The notes: generated by a model not told the origin, from the letters alone. 64,000 nt of DNA from Hydrolagus colliei (GCA_035084275.1 CM068743.1:79608001-79672000); one strand, 5' to 3'. Positions 11,451-22,330 are shown, counted from the first letter of the stretch. Numbers and translations: made by a program.

Positions 11451-13475
11451 GGTCCACTGCATATCTGGCTGGACCTCAAATCTTCCTACCACTCTGCCCT
11501 ATCCTCCGCCAAATTGTCCTTCTACTCCAAGATAATCCTGGAGGCGAAGGACAACCCCCAGCTTCCCTTCTCCACCACCAACCATCTCCTCCGTCTACCC
11601 CGCCTCGCCTATCCTCTCTTTGAACTCCCGGATCGAGGAGATGCTGGATTTCCTCATGACCAAATTCGAGGGAATCCGCTCTGCGGTGACTGTCCCCCCA
11701 ACTTTCCCCCCAACTTCACCCCCTCCCCACTTCCCCCCTACACCCCGTCTCCTATCCATCCCTCCCTCCACTCTTTCGACCCCATCTCCTCATCCTCCGT
11801 CATTGAGACCATCTCCTCAATGAAGCTCACCACCTGCTCCCTCGATCCCATCCTCACCTCTCTCCTCATCACCCAGCTCCACCTTCTAGCACCTCTAATC
11901 ACCGATACTATCAACCTGTCCCTCTCATCCGGTACCGTTCTCACTCCCTTCAAAACCACCACCATCAACCCCATCCTAAAAAAGGCTACCCTTGATGGGT
12001 CACAACTATCAAAATACCAGCCCATCTCCAACCTCCACTTCCTTTCCAAGGTCCTTGAAAGAGTGGTTGCCTCCCAGCTCCGCTCTTTCCTCATAAAACG
12101 CACTCCTCAAACCCCTCCAATCGTGTTTCCATGCCTCCCACGGCACGGAAACTGCCCTGGTTAGGTCACAAATGATATCCTGACCATCTGTGACCAGGGC
12201 TCCCTCTGCCTCCTCGTCCTCCTCGACCTATCCGCTGCCTTCGATACCATGGACCACGCTATCCTCCTCCACGTCCTCTCCTCCCTCTTCAACCTGCAAG
12301 GCTCTGTTCTTGAATGGTTCCGGTCCTATCTCTCCCACCGCCTTCACTTCGTCTCCTCCAACGGCTTCTCCTTCAGCCCCCAAACAGTCACATGCAGCAT
12401 TCCCCAGGGCTCTGTCCTTGGCCCTCTCTTCACCCTCTACACTCTCCCACTGGGCGACATCAACCGCAGACATGGGGTAAATTTCCACATGTATGTGGAC
12501 ACCATCCAACTCTACCTATCTGCGTCAACCCTCGACTCCAGGACCACTGGTGTTCAGACTGCATGCCTGTCCGACATTGAGTCCTGGAAGAGGGCAAATT
12601 TCTTACAACTCAACATCAACAAGACGGAAGCCCTCCTGATTGGCTCACGTCAGTGCCTCCGCATCTCAGGTGCTGACAACATCAGGGTTCAAGGCTGCTC
12701 TCTCCACCCCTCGAAGCAATCAGGAATCTGGGCGTCTTGTTCGAGCCCAAACTATCCTTCCTCCCCCACATCCGCTCCATGACCGGCACAGCCTTCCATC
12801 ACCTCCGTAATATTGCTAGACTCCACCACTACCTCACTCCCCATGCCTCCAAAACTCTCATCCACGCCTTTATCACTTCCAGGCTCGATTATGGGAACTC
12901 TCTCTTCGTCGGCCTCCCCAGCTCCCCCCTTCACAGGCTGCAGATCATTCAGAATTCTGTAGCTCGTGTACTCTCCCACACCAGGCTTTGCGACCAGATC
13001 ACTCCCACCCTCGCCCGTCTCCACGGGCTCCCCGTCACCCAGAGGATCGAATTCAAGATCCTTGTCCTCACTTTCAAGGCCATTTATGGCCTTGCCTCCA
13101 TCTATCTCTCTGACCTGCTGTCTCCCTATCAGCCCGCCCGTCCCCTCCATTCAGCAGACTCAGGCCTGCTCCGCGTCCACCGCCCTAACCGCCTAACATC
13201 GGCGGCCGGGCTTTCAGCCGTTCCGCTGACACTGTGGAACTCCATCTCCTTCACCTTGCTTCCTCCCTTTCCACCTTCAAGGCTGGTTTCAATACCTTCC
13301 TCTTCGACCACACCTTCGGCTGCCCCACTAACTCTTCCCCCTCTCCCACTCTCCTTTCCTCTACCCAACCCTCCCACCTCCCTGCTCAGGTCCCGACCTG
13401 ATTGTTAAGCGCTTTGGGACGTCCTCCCGATGTGAAAGGCGCTATATAAATGCAATTTTGTTGTTGTTGTTGTTG
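11451..13475 (+). mobile_element. 5'-truncated L2-clade LINE with frameshifted RT
   Basis: RT motifs YQPISNL.FLSKVLE, IPQGSVLGP, FHMYVDT, HLRNIARL, AFITSRLDY across frameshifted ORFs; 3' end gtgaaaggcgctatataaatgcaatt(ttg)n. Confidence 0.95.
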
Positions 13476-14090
13476 CTCCCAAATTATAGGAATAATGATT
13501 GAAGTGAGTGCAAATAGGAACAGGCCATCGAGCCTGTTACACCAGTTTATACGATATTGGGATTTTTAAGAAATCTCAAATCCTTTCGCGATATCCCATT
13601 ATTTCTCTGGGTATTTAAAGAGTTAATTGCAACTGGCTTTGAGATAATTCTTACTTATACAGTTGTTTCAATGCTTTTTTTATCAATCCAGTGATCCCCA
13701 ACCATCCAACAAATAATCTCTGAAATCAGGTCATTTTATCATGAGGGTGGAGATGGGTTTGAATTTCCACGTTTATTAGTTTCAGCCGTAGGTCCATTGA
13801 CCACACCCTTCCCAGGTTTAGTGAGGGGAAAATCAGTCAGGGCTCCTGTTCCAGATTCCTCTGCTGGTTGTATGGTGTTATGAGGCAGCTGGGTGGAGAA
13901 GGGTCAGGCACTTCTCTACAGTCTGGTAAGAACACATCCAAATACCATTTCTCTTACCTGGTAGTTATCAAATTTTTCTCAACAATTGGAACGCTAAAAG
14001 AACTATTACAGATTTCACCCCCAACAGCTCTCTGATTATAGTTGAGGGATTATGAGCAACAGAAAAGAAATAAGTAAAATCCTCTTTTAC

Positions 14091-14234
14091 CTGAGGATCT
14101 TGTCGAAAAGATATTCTTGGAAACAGTAACTTTATCTTCAGAATTTCTGGCCCAGTCCACCATTCCCCTCCATCCTTTCATTGGGAAATTTATGTCTGTA
14201 GCCCCGATGGCTGGACGTTTATAAATGCTTAACA
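14091..14234 (-). CDS. ADGRB1: ADGRB1 exon, GAIN domain
   Basis: ccatccccag|TGTTAAG...TCCTCAG|gtaaaa; 144 nt, phase 1-1. [48 protein letters not shown]. Confidence 0.95.
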
Positions 14235-14678
14235 CTGGGGATGGAGACAAAAGGAATACTTTTTATTCAACTTGGTTTATTTGGGTATCAATTTGGGTCA
14301 GTTTATAGCATTCTTGTTTCTGAGTCAGATAGTTTTATGTGCAAGTCCAACATCGGGACTTCACAGTCTAGGCTGACACTCTTATACATTGCTGAGGTGT
14401 GCAACATTGTCAGATGCTGTCCATCAGATGGGGTGCTGATATCAACCTGTTGTGATATTAAATATCCCAAGGGCACTATTCGAAAAGACAAGGGAGTGAT
14501 ATCCTGGCCAATAATTCTCCAGATTGATCCTTCACTTCATGGTTGATTGTGAGGCACTTCTGCAGGCAAATTGGCTGGGCTTTTGGCTACAAAACATATA
14601 ATCACTACACTTTAACGTCTCCTCTGAAGGACAACACCTCTGACAATGCTGTGCTCTCAAAGCACGAGGAGACATTGT

Positions 14679-15052
14679 GGAGTCCTGTAGCATAGTGGTC
14701 AGAGCACTGCCTTGCAAGCAAGAAGACCCAGATTCAATTCCTGGGCAGGGCTATACCTTAGGCAAGTTTCCTTCCTCCACACTCCTCTGTTTACCTAGCA
14801 GTAAGTAGGAATCCGGTGGTTAGTTGCTTACCGATCGCTTTCCGGGGGTAATAGTCCCTTTAAATTTTTTTATTATTTGGTCATTGAATTGACAACTGTT
14901 TGTGGGACACTGCTGGGTGCAATTGTCTTCTGTGATTCGCTGACAAAATATACAGTTAATTCACTTTACAGTATATTCTGTGAAGCGCTTTGAGGTATCT
15001 GGAAGATCAAATGCAAGGATTATTATTATTATCAAATGCAAGTATTATTATT
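14679..15052 (+). mobile_element. tRNA-headed SINE, full-length
   Basis: ggagtcctgTAGCATAGTGGtcagagcac...GATTCAATTCCtggg (pol III A and B boxes); L2-like 3' end tcaaatgcaagg(att)n, present twice. Confidence 0.85.
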
Positions 15053-15544
15053 ATCTTAGACTGATTCTCAACATGAGACTTGAACCCACCATGTTACCCA
15101 AAGGCAAGAGTGCTACCCTGAGTGCTTGTAACCTGTAGTAGGGACTTGTTGCGTGCAGTGAGTAGGGAAGGGAGGTTAAGATGTCTGTGCTGATGAGGCT
15201 GTTTGTGCTGGTGAGTCATTCTTCTTCCACACACAACACACATAGAAAACAGGAGGGTGGGGGAGTCAATAATGACACTGTAATTTAATTGAAGGCTTGA
15301 ATGCTGTGGCAGCCTTTTCATTTCTCCTGCAGTCTGTAATTTTTTTTAAAAAAAGAACACACTGTTAGCTCATTCTAATGAAAATGCTACTAATCGGGAT
15401 TAAAAATAATGCTCTCGCTGAGATTTGACAGCACAATGTGAGATTTCAAGGTGGGTGGGATATGGGGGTTATTTTACTGCTTGTTCTTTTGCCAAGTTAT
15501 GAACTTTCTGGGTTTGAGCCAGGTGATAGATTGTCTCAGTCAGC

Positions 15545-15905
15545 GCCCTCTCCCCTCGCCTCTCCACAACTGCCTTCACCTCTCCCCACCTACCATCGCC
15601 TCTCCCCTCGCCCCATCCACCTTCGCCTCTGCTTTTGCCTCTTTTCTCCATCCTCAACTCTTGCCTCCACCCTTGCTGTCACCCAGACCTCTCCTGCCTC
15701 ACTCTCGCTACTGCTTTTGTCTTTCTCCTCCACCCTCACTTCCACATTTGCCTCCACACCTCTAGACTCCATCCTTTCTGCTCTCGCCTATCTCCTTCAC
15801 CATTATCTCTCTCATCTTCCACCTCACCTCTGCTTCTGTCCCTCTTCTACAGCCCCTCGGCCCTCGCCTCCAGTCCCTCAGCCCTCACTTCCAGCCCCTC
15901 TGGCC
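15545..15905 (+). repeat. C/T-rich low-complexity tract
   Basis: Degenerate cctcgc/cctctc/cttcac units; generates spurious P/S/L-rich ORFs. Confidence 0.7.
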
Positions 15906-15937
15906 TGATTTGAGGTGCCTGTTTAATGAGGAAACAT

Positions 15938-17390
15938 TAACAACAACAAAATTACATTTGTATAGAGCCTTTCACATTGGGAGGAGGACTCAAGGCTCTG
16001 GATGATCAGTGTTATGAACCCAAGCTGGGGTTCAGTGTCGGGAATGGTGGAGGATGGGAGGTGGGGGAAGGATGGTGATTGAAGGCTCTGTCAAAGAGGA
16101 GTATTTTGAAATGGGACTTGAAGGAGGCAAGCGAAGAGGAGGGACTGTGGGATGGAGTTCCAGGGGATGGGGCAGAGTGGCAGAAGTCCAAACAGTCAAT
16201 GGTGGAGTGGACAGAGGGGGACGCTCAGCAAGCCAGAGCCTGCTGAGCGAGGGAGCGGGCAGGTTGATAGGGGGTTAGGAGGTTGGGGGTGTAAGGCCAT
16301 GGTGGGCTTAGAAGGTGATGACCAGGATTTTGAACTATATCCTCTGTGTAATGGAAGCCAGTGGAGTTGGGTGAGGATGGGGGTGATAGGGTTGCGGAGC
16401 CTGGTATGGGAGGGGACACAGGCTGCAGAGTTCCAGATGATCTACTGCCTATGGAGGGAGCAGTTAGGGAGGCCAAAAAGTGGAGAGTTTGCATAGTCAA
16501 GCTGGGATGATATGAATGTGTGTATGTGGGTCTCGGTGATCTGTGGTGTGCGATAATGGCTGAGCTGGGAGATGTTGCAGAGTTGGGGGAAGGCAGAGCT
16601 GGGCTTGGCATGGATGTGGAGTAGAAAGGATAGTTGAGGGTCAAACAAGACACCAAGATTCCAGTCTGGCTCAGTGAGGGACAATCACAGAGCGGATTGA
16701 CTTCAAGATCCTCACTCGTGTATTTCAACCCCTTCACTCCTCTGCACCCACCTACCTCTCTAACTTCCTCTCTCCTCACAGCAGTTCCACTGCCTCTGCT
16801 CTCTGGCTTCCTCCTTGTCCCCCGAATCCCCCATTCCACCATCGGCAGCCATGCCTTCAGCTACTACCCCCAGAAACTCTGGAACTCCCTCCCTCAATCA
16901 CTCTGCTGCAACCGCTCCTTTTCCATCTTCAGGTCGCGCTTGAAAACCTTTTTATTTGACCGCACCTACGGTCACCTTCCCCCTTCCTCTGGCTCGGCCC
17001 CTGTCTCCCTATTGTGAAGTGCTCTGAGATGCCGTCTGGCATGGGGGGGACGCTATATAAATGCAAGTTGTTGTTGTTGATGAATGTGCATCCTTGGATG
17101 GAGATGCTGTCAATGCCTGAAGTGTGGAGGTGCTGACAGGAGAGCCTTGGTTTTGCTGTCGTTCACTTGTGGAAAGTTAGCTCTCATCCAGGACTTGATG
17201 TCTGATAGATTGTGGAGTCAAGGGTGGAGGCAGAGAGTTAGAGTTGGGTGTCGTACGCATATATGTGGAAATTGACCCATTGTCTACGGGTGATGTCACC
17301 AACAGGGAGCATATATATGTTGAAGGACAGAGCCCTATGGAACGGTGCATGAAACGGTGCAGGGGCTAAGAAGCCATTTGTGCAGATGAT
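15938..17390 (-). mobile_element. Older L2 LINE fragment interrupted by a nested plus-strand L2
   Basis: 15938-16680 and 17081-17390 are collinear with the L2 at 41.2-42.3 kb (NLGVLFDPQLSF..., then RT upstream sequence). Confidence 0.82.
16688..17080 (+). mobile_element. L2 LINE 3' fragment (nested insertion)
   Basis: agcggattgacttcaagatcctcact...ctctggaactccct...cgctatataaatgcaag(ttg)n; resembles the subfamily at 8853-9570. Confidence 0.85.
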
Positions 17391-17394
17391 GTAG

Positions 17395-17720
17395 ACAACA
17401 ACAACAAGATTGCACTTGTATAGTGCCTTTCACATCAGGAGGACATCCAAAGGCACTAGATATTCAATGTTTCACTGAACTGGGGTCGGGAATGGGGAGT
17501 GTTGAGGGAAAGGAAGGGATTTGGGGTGACCAATGCACCGTTAAAGAGGAGGGTCATGAGGTGGGACTTGAAGGAGGCCAGGGAGGGGGCAAGGCTGAGG
17601 GACTGCGGGATGGAATTCCATAGGGATAGGAGCAGAGTGGCTGAAGAGTCGCCCGCTGATGGTGGGGCGGGGAACATGGAGCAGGCCAGAGCCTGCTGAT
17701 CAAAGAGGGTGGGCAAGTTG
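17395..17720 (-). mobile_element. L2 LINE 3' fragment
   Basis: (caa)n...gcacttgtatagtgcctttcacatcaggaggacatcc tail; LWNSIPQSL..APSLASFK. Confidence 0.8.
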
Positions 17721-17874
17721 GTTATATAGAGACAGTGTGTGGGGTAGGATTGGAACTATTTCAAGGACAGAATCATGAAGGTTGTGGTGGGAGACATCAT
17801 TAAGATAATGTTTGTCTGCTTATTCAATTTGGTTTTAAAGTGGGATTGTTTGAAAACAATGGAGGAGGTTGAAA

Positions 17875-18190
17875 TTTTAATTAGCACTTTTGCCACCGAA
17901 TTAGAAGGTTGTCATTTCAAGCTCCACATAAAGACTTTTTTAGTCATAGTCTAGGCTGGCACTCAGTGCTAGAGATTCCATCCTTCAGATGTGACAGTAG
18001 AGCAATGTCCCATCTGCCTGTTCAGGTGGACATTAAGGATCCCATGGAATTATTTGAAAGTGTCCTGGTCAAGATTCGCCTCAAATAAATTTGGTCATTC
18101 ACTTGATAGCTGTGGGACAATAATGTGTGGAAATGGTAGCTGTGTGTTCACCTACACAGTCATTATACTTTACAGTAAATCATGTGAAGA
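17875..18190 (+). mobile_element. Deu-domain SINE (AmnSINE1/SacSINE1-like)
   Basis: Contains cagatgtgacag...tgcctgttcaggtggacattaaggatcccatggaattatttgaa...gtgtcctggtcaa, recognisable as the conserved Deu domain. Recognised from memory, not by alignment. Confidence 0.65.
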
Positions 18191-18536
18191 TGTCAACTTC
18201 TTTGATATGTCAACAACAACAAATTACATTTACATAGCATCTTTCAAGTCTGAAGAACATCCCAAAGCTGTTGTTCTCCCAACGTGAAAGGTGCTATATA
18301 CAAATGTAATTTTGTTGTTGTATCAAACATAAGTATTATTAATATTTACAAAAAATAAAATTTCTCAGTCTCTTCCCTTTCCCCTCCACCTATCCCAAAG
18401 TGGTTTGGGGATGGGAGTGGGGAAAGAGTGAGGTTGCTTTCAAAGGGTGAAATGTGGAGATGAAATCAATCTGTTTGATAATGCTGAACACTGCCCCATC
18501 AGTTTGTAATGCGTGTTGAAAAAAACCTTGGCGCAC

Positions 18537-18645
18537 CTAGATTTTGGGTAACTATATAGGAATCCCTGAAGTCTTTCATTCGAAAGCCAATTACATCAAT
18601 GAGCAATTCGACTGTCTGCATCAGTTCCCTTGAGTTTGGGCCCGT
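18537..18645 (-). CDS. ADGRB1: ADGRB1 exon, GAIN domain
   Basis: tttttgcag|ACGGGC...AATCTAG|gtgcgc; 109 nt, phase 0-1. [36 protein letters not shown]. Confidence 0.94.
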
Positions 18646-19429
18646 CTGCAAAAAAATAACAGAAATAACATGGTTTGGAGACGTCACAAACTCAAACTAT
18701 TGAGAGAATCAACAGGGGCATTGGAGCATGGGGGCGAGAGGTGGTAAATATTCCCACTAACTAACACGGTCTCTATTCTTCTCTGATTTGTTTCCAGGCG
18801 ACCAGCACTTAATGCTGATCACAGACGCATTCTGTATTTTTTTCAAAAAAAATCAACACACAATCTCACGACAATCCTATTATTAAGTCCTGAACCCAGG
18901 CTGACTCACCGCCGATGGTAACTATAGCAACAGAATGTTTAGCCAGGATACGCCTACATGTTTAAACTGCAGCAAAATTCTTCCTTCATTGAGATGTTCC
19001 TTACCCAATGAAATGATCCGTGGAGGCTGAGAAATGTAATACATTCAAACCCTTCCATAATACTCACCTACTGTCCTCCGATTATAGCATCAAGCTGTTT
19101 CTTAACTGGACTCAAACACACTTCCTTCATACTAGGGAACGGCGATGTGGGATTTTTCCGGATATGGATATATCGGTTTGCTCATACCTGCTTAAACCGA
19201 TCTATCGAGTTTTTATACTACGCATGCGCGTGCATTCGAAGTGCGCGTGCATTGATGGCACGCGCGCATTTATGGTGCGCGCTCAGTCGCGGTGCGCGCG
19301 CATTGACGGTGCGTCCGCACTGACGATGTGCGCGCAGTCGCGGTGCACGCACATTTCGAAATGCGTGCTCTAGGTCCAGAAAGTTTGTAATGTTGGTGTG
19401 AAGGTCTGTTGAATTAAACGATGTTGTTT

Positions 19430-20030
19430 GCTCCCTACCTTCCCCTCTCCTTCTCTCCCTCCTCTCCTCTCTCCTTCTCTCCCTCCCCCTCCCCTCTCTC
19501 CTCTCTGTCTCCTCTCCCTCCTCTCCCCCTCTCCTTCTCTCCCTCCCTCCCTCCCCTCTCTCCTTCTCTCCCTCCCCTCTCTCCTTCTCTCCCTCCCTCC
19601 CTTCTCTCCTTCTCTCCCTCCTTTCCCCTCGCTCCTTCTCTCCCTCCTTCCCCCCCTCTCCTTCTCTCCCTCCCTCTCCTCTCTTCCTCTCTCCTTCTCT
19701 CCCAACTTTCCCCTCTCCCTCTCTCCCCTCTCTCCTTCTCTCCCTCCTTCCCCCTCGCTCCTTCTCTCCCTCCTTTCCCCCTCTCCTTCTCTCCCTCCCT
19801 CCCTCTCCTCTCTTCCTCTCTCCTTCTCTCCCTCCTTTCCCCTCGCTCCTTCTCTCCCTTCTTTCACCCTCTCCTTCTCTCCCTCCCTCTTCTCTCTTCC
19901 TCTCTCCTTCTCTCCCAACTTTCCCCCTCTCCTTCTCTCTCTCCCTCCCTCTCCTCTCTCCTTCTCTCCCTCCTTTCCCCTCGCTCCTTCTCTCCCAACT
20001 TTCCCCCTCTCCTTCTCTCCCTCCATCTCT
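19430..20030 (+). repeat. About 600-bp polypyrimidine/polypurine tract
   Basis: Almost purely C/T on the plus strand, built from ctccttctctccc units. Confidence 0.95.
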
Positions 20031-20344
20031 AAACACAAAATAGAACACACACACACACCAAAAACAAAATCTAGAGATTTATTCTCCTACATTTCTTGCT
20101 TGAAACTAGCATGTAATGTCCACGTGTAAATGAGATCTATTACAATAGAAAAGAGAGAGACAGACAGTCTGACTGTTAGAGTTAGAAGCCAGATTATCAC
20201 TGCTTCTATGTGTGTGTCTAGTCAGACACACACATAGAAGCAGTGATAATCTGGCTTCTAACTCTCTCACACACAAAAATAACACTTACAGCCACAAAAT
20301 GCCACTTATTTTTATGTAGTCTGAAGTCTGAATTAATGTCCTTC

Positions 20345-20706
20345 GCCATTGGCAAGCTCTCCTTTGCTATGCAAAAAGTGACAGCGTTCGTGATACTTTG
20401 CCACTTTTTGTCCCCTCTCTGGTACAATGTTCTCCTCTTAAATAAAGCAGGAATTGTTTGAGCTGCACTGGCCCCACTACCTGTCGCTTTCTCCGAAGCG
20501 CTGGTTCGACTTCGTTCTGTTGTCGACAATAATTTCGCTCTGAGGGCAGCGTGCTGGGCGGGGTGGTGCTGCTTAATGTGTTGTCGCAGGTTGCTCGTGC
20601 TCGAATCAGACGTCTTAACCAAGACCTTGCAAACTGTACATCTATACACACCATTACTGAATGCATTGTTTTGAAAGTAGTCCCATAGGGGGCTTCTTTT
20701 CCCCAC
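20345..20706 (-). pseudogene. hAT transposase N-terminal fragment (BED zinc finger)
   Basis: RSPLWDYF...CTVCKVLV...STSNLRQHIKQHHP is a BED finger (W.YF, CxxC, TSNL..H...H), followed by ITNAVTFCIAKESLP, typical of Ac/ZBED1-like transposases; truncated before the catalytic domain. Confidence 0.88.
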
Positions 20707-21273
20707 GATGAGAAAGGTAAATTTTCAAACTACAATTTTCAGCGATGCGACTTTGTTAAGACGCCACGACTCACGTCGAGTATACACAGTAAAGTGTGCG
20801 CGCGCATCGGATGTGCGCGCCCTTTAATTGTGCGCGCGCACCGAATGTACGCGCATTCCATGCTCTAGGTCTAGGAGGTTGCAATGCCGGCGACAAGGTA
20901 AGCTGGAAAAGATCGCATTACACTGATAATACCAACAATATTGATATATTGCCAGGAACGATATTAAAAATATAACAATATATATTTTTAAAATCGAATC
21001 TCTCGATATAACGTTTTTTTTAGAATCACCATATCGGCATACCGATCTGAAAATCATATCGGGTTTAATCGAAAAACCGATACATCGCCGTTCCCTACTT
21101 CATACGCTTTCTCACTCTTTCATTTTTCAATTCATATCATAACCTTTCACCATGTACCGTAACTTTTCATCTCATACTATAACATTTCATTGTTAGTTTT
21201 ACTAATGCTGTGTTCTTGCGAGTAGCAATTCTTTTGTCAATGTTTGGAAAGAGCCAATCTTTTTAAAACTTAC

Positions 21274-21342
21274 CAGCTGAGCCTCTTCCCATCTTGGTCT
21301 GTTTTCTTCCGACAACAAATTGCTCACAATTTGAACAAAATT
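21274..21342 (-). CDS. ADGRB1: ADGRB1 exon, GAIN domain
   Basis: ctacacag|AATTTT...CAGCTG|gtaagt; 69 nt, phase 0-0. [23 protein letters not shown]. Confidence 0.94.
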
Positions 21343-22330
21343 CTGTGTAGTGACACAAAAGCAAGAAACGCTGAATTAATGGCAAAGAACAACAACATTA
21401 CATTTCACATCAGGAGGACTTCTCAAGGCACTGGGCCTTGGGTTGCCTCAAAATGTAAGGGGTCACTTCTGAATGTGAAGCAAAATGTTTTCTGTTGCTA
21501 ACTTTATTAACTTTATAAATGAGAAGGAATGGCAGAGTTGCAGGAATGGATCACATTTCACGGTGCAGTTGGCATTAACTGGAGTAAAGCATCCTCTATT
21601 CTCACCCAACATTAATGAGGAAATTTCATCAACCTTTGAGGCTGTATTACCTAAAAATTTAAGTTCACAGGCTTCCCAATTGTGGAAAACCCTTAATATC
21701 CAGTCTGAATTTGGAAACTGATTTTCCATCATTCTTCAAGAGAGCTGGTTTCCAAATTAAGATCAGATTTAAGAAATTTCCAGAATTTTATGTGTTCATA
21801 AATTCGAAGGCAAAATAGTCTCAAAGGCCAGAGAAAATTCTGGACCTCCTCTGGCTTAGTCTCCAGCGTTCTTCCTCACTAATTATTACCCCCACTGGCA
21901 GTCTGTCCTTACTATCTGTCTCAGTGAAACAACTGGTACCATTGTAATGGGGATGGCACTGGAATGGAGGAGGCCACTGTGGTTTATCTAGTCATCCTAA
22001 TCCTTAACTGGGGTCAGTGTATCCACTGTATATGGCCGATAAAACAGGCAGACCTACAGAGGAAGCATAAATCTGTTTGCTAACAGTCAAATCCCGTACT
22101 TGTATGTTAAAGGTAACCCAATAGCTTTGCCTTTTCCCCCACCCAGGAAACAAACACAGTCAAGCCAAGTTCCCATTGCCTAATCAGGGAACCAGTTTCC
22201 AATCCACTTTCCAGCAGAGTTCAGTCTCAGCAAGCATCCATGACTTTGTGATTTTGTTGCTCAATTAGACCACCCTCTACACAACCCTGAACTTTACTGC
22301 CACTGGGCTGTTTGATTAATGTTGTCTGAC

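Larger units (their letters stand above)
19133..21097 (-). mobile_element. Internally deleted hAT DNA transposon
   Basis: Perfect 16-bp TIRs TAGGGAACGGCGATGT/ACATCGCCGTTCCCTA; perfect 8-bp TSD cttcatac (19125-19132 and 21098-21105); CpG-rich subterminal repeats; BED-finger transposase remnant. Confidence 0.95.

Noticed and set aside
11433-13408. Reverse-transcriptase ORFs (also 41227-42672, 26131-26868, 55092-55454) as a host gene or a novel retron-like system
   Set aside because: They are ordinary 5'-truncated, frameshifted L2/CR1 non-LTR retrotransposon copies with typical 3' tails; overlapping opposite-strand ORFs are antisense shadows.
14679-14755. tRNA-like sequence
   Set aside because: A and B boxes are present, but the sequence runs into a dispersed body and tail found several times in the window, so it is a SINE head rather than a tRNA gene.
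18939-18955. AYPG* after an AG, resembling the start of the paralogous ADGRB3 exon (IYPGS)
   Set aside because: Only three matching codons, a poor pyrimidine tract and an immediate stop; compatible with chance.
19060-19105. Strong donor-like site TAG|gtgagt on the minus strand
   Set aside because: No credible polypyrimidine tract or acceptor upstream, and the hAT boundary follows immediately.
19218-20129. Four long overlapping ORFs (203-278 aa; R/E/G-rich or P/S/L-rich)
   Set aside because: They arise from the stop-free polypurine/polypyrimidine tract, are open in most frames and have no domain.
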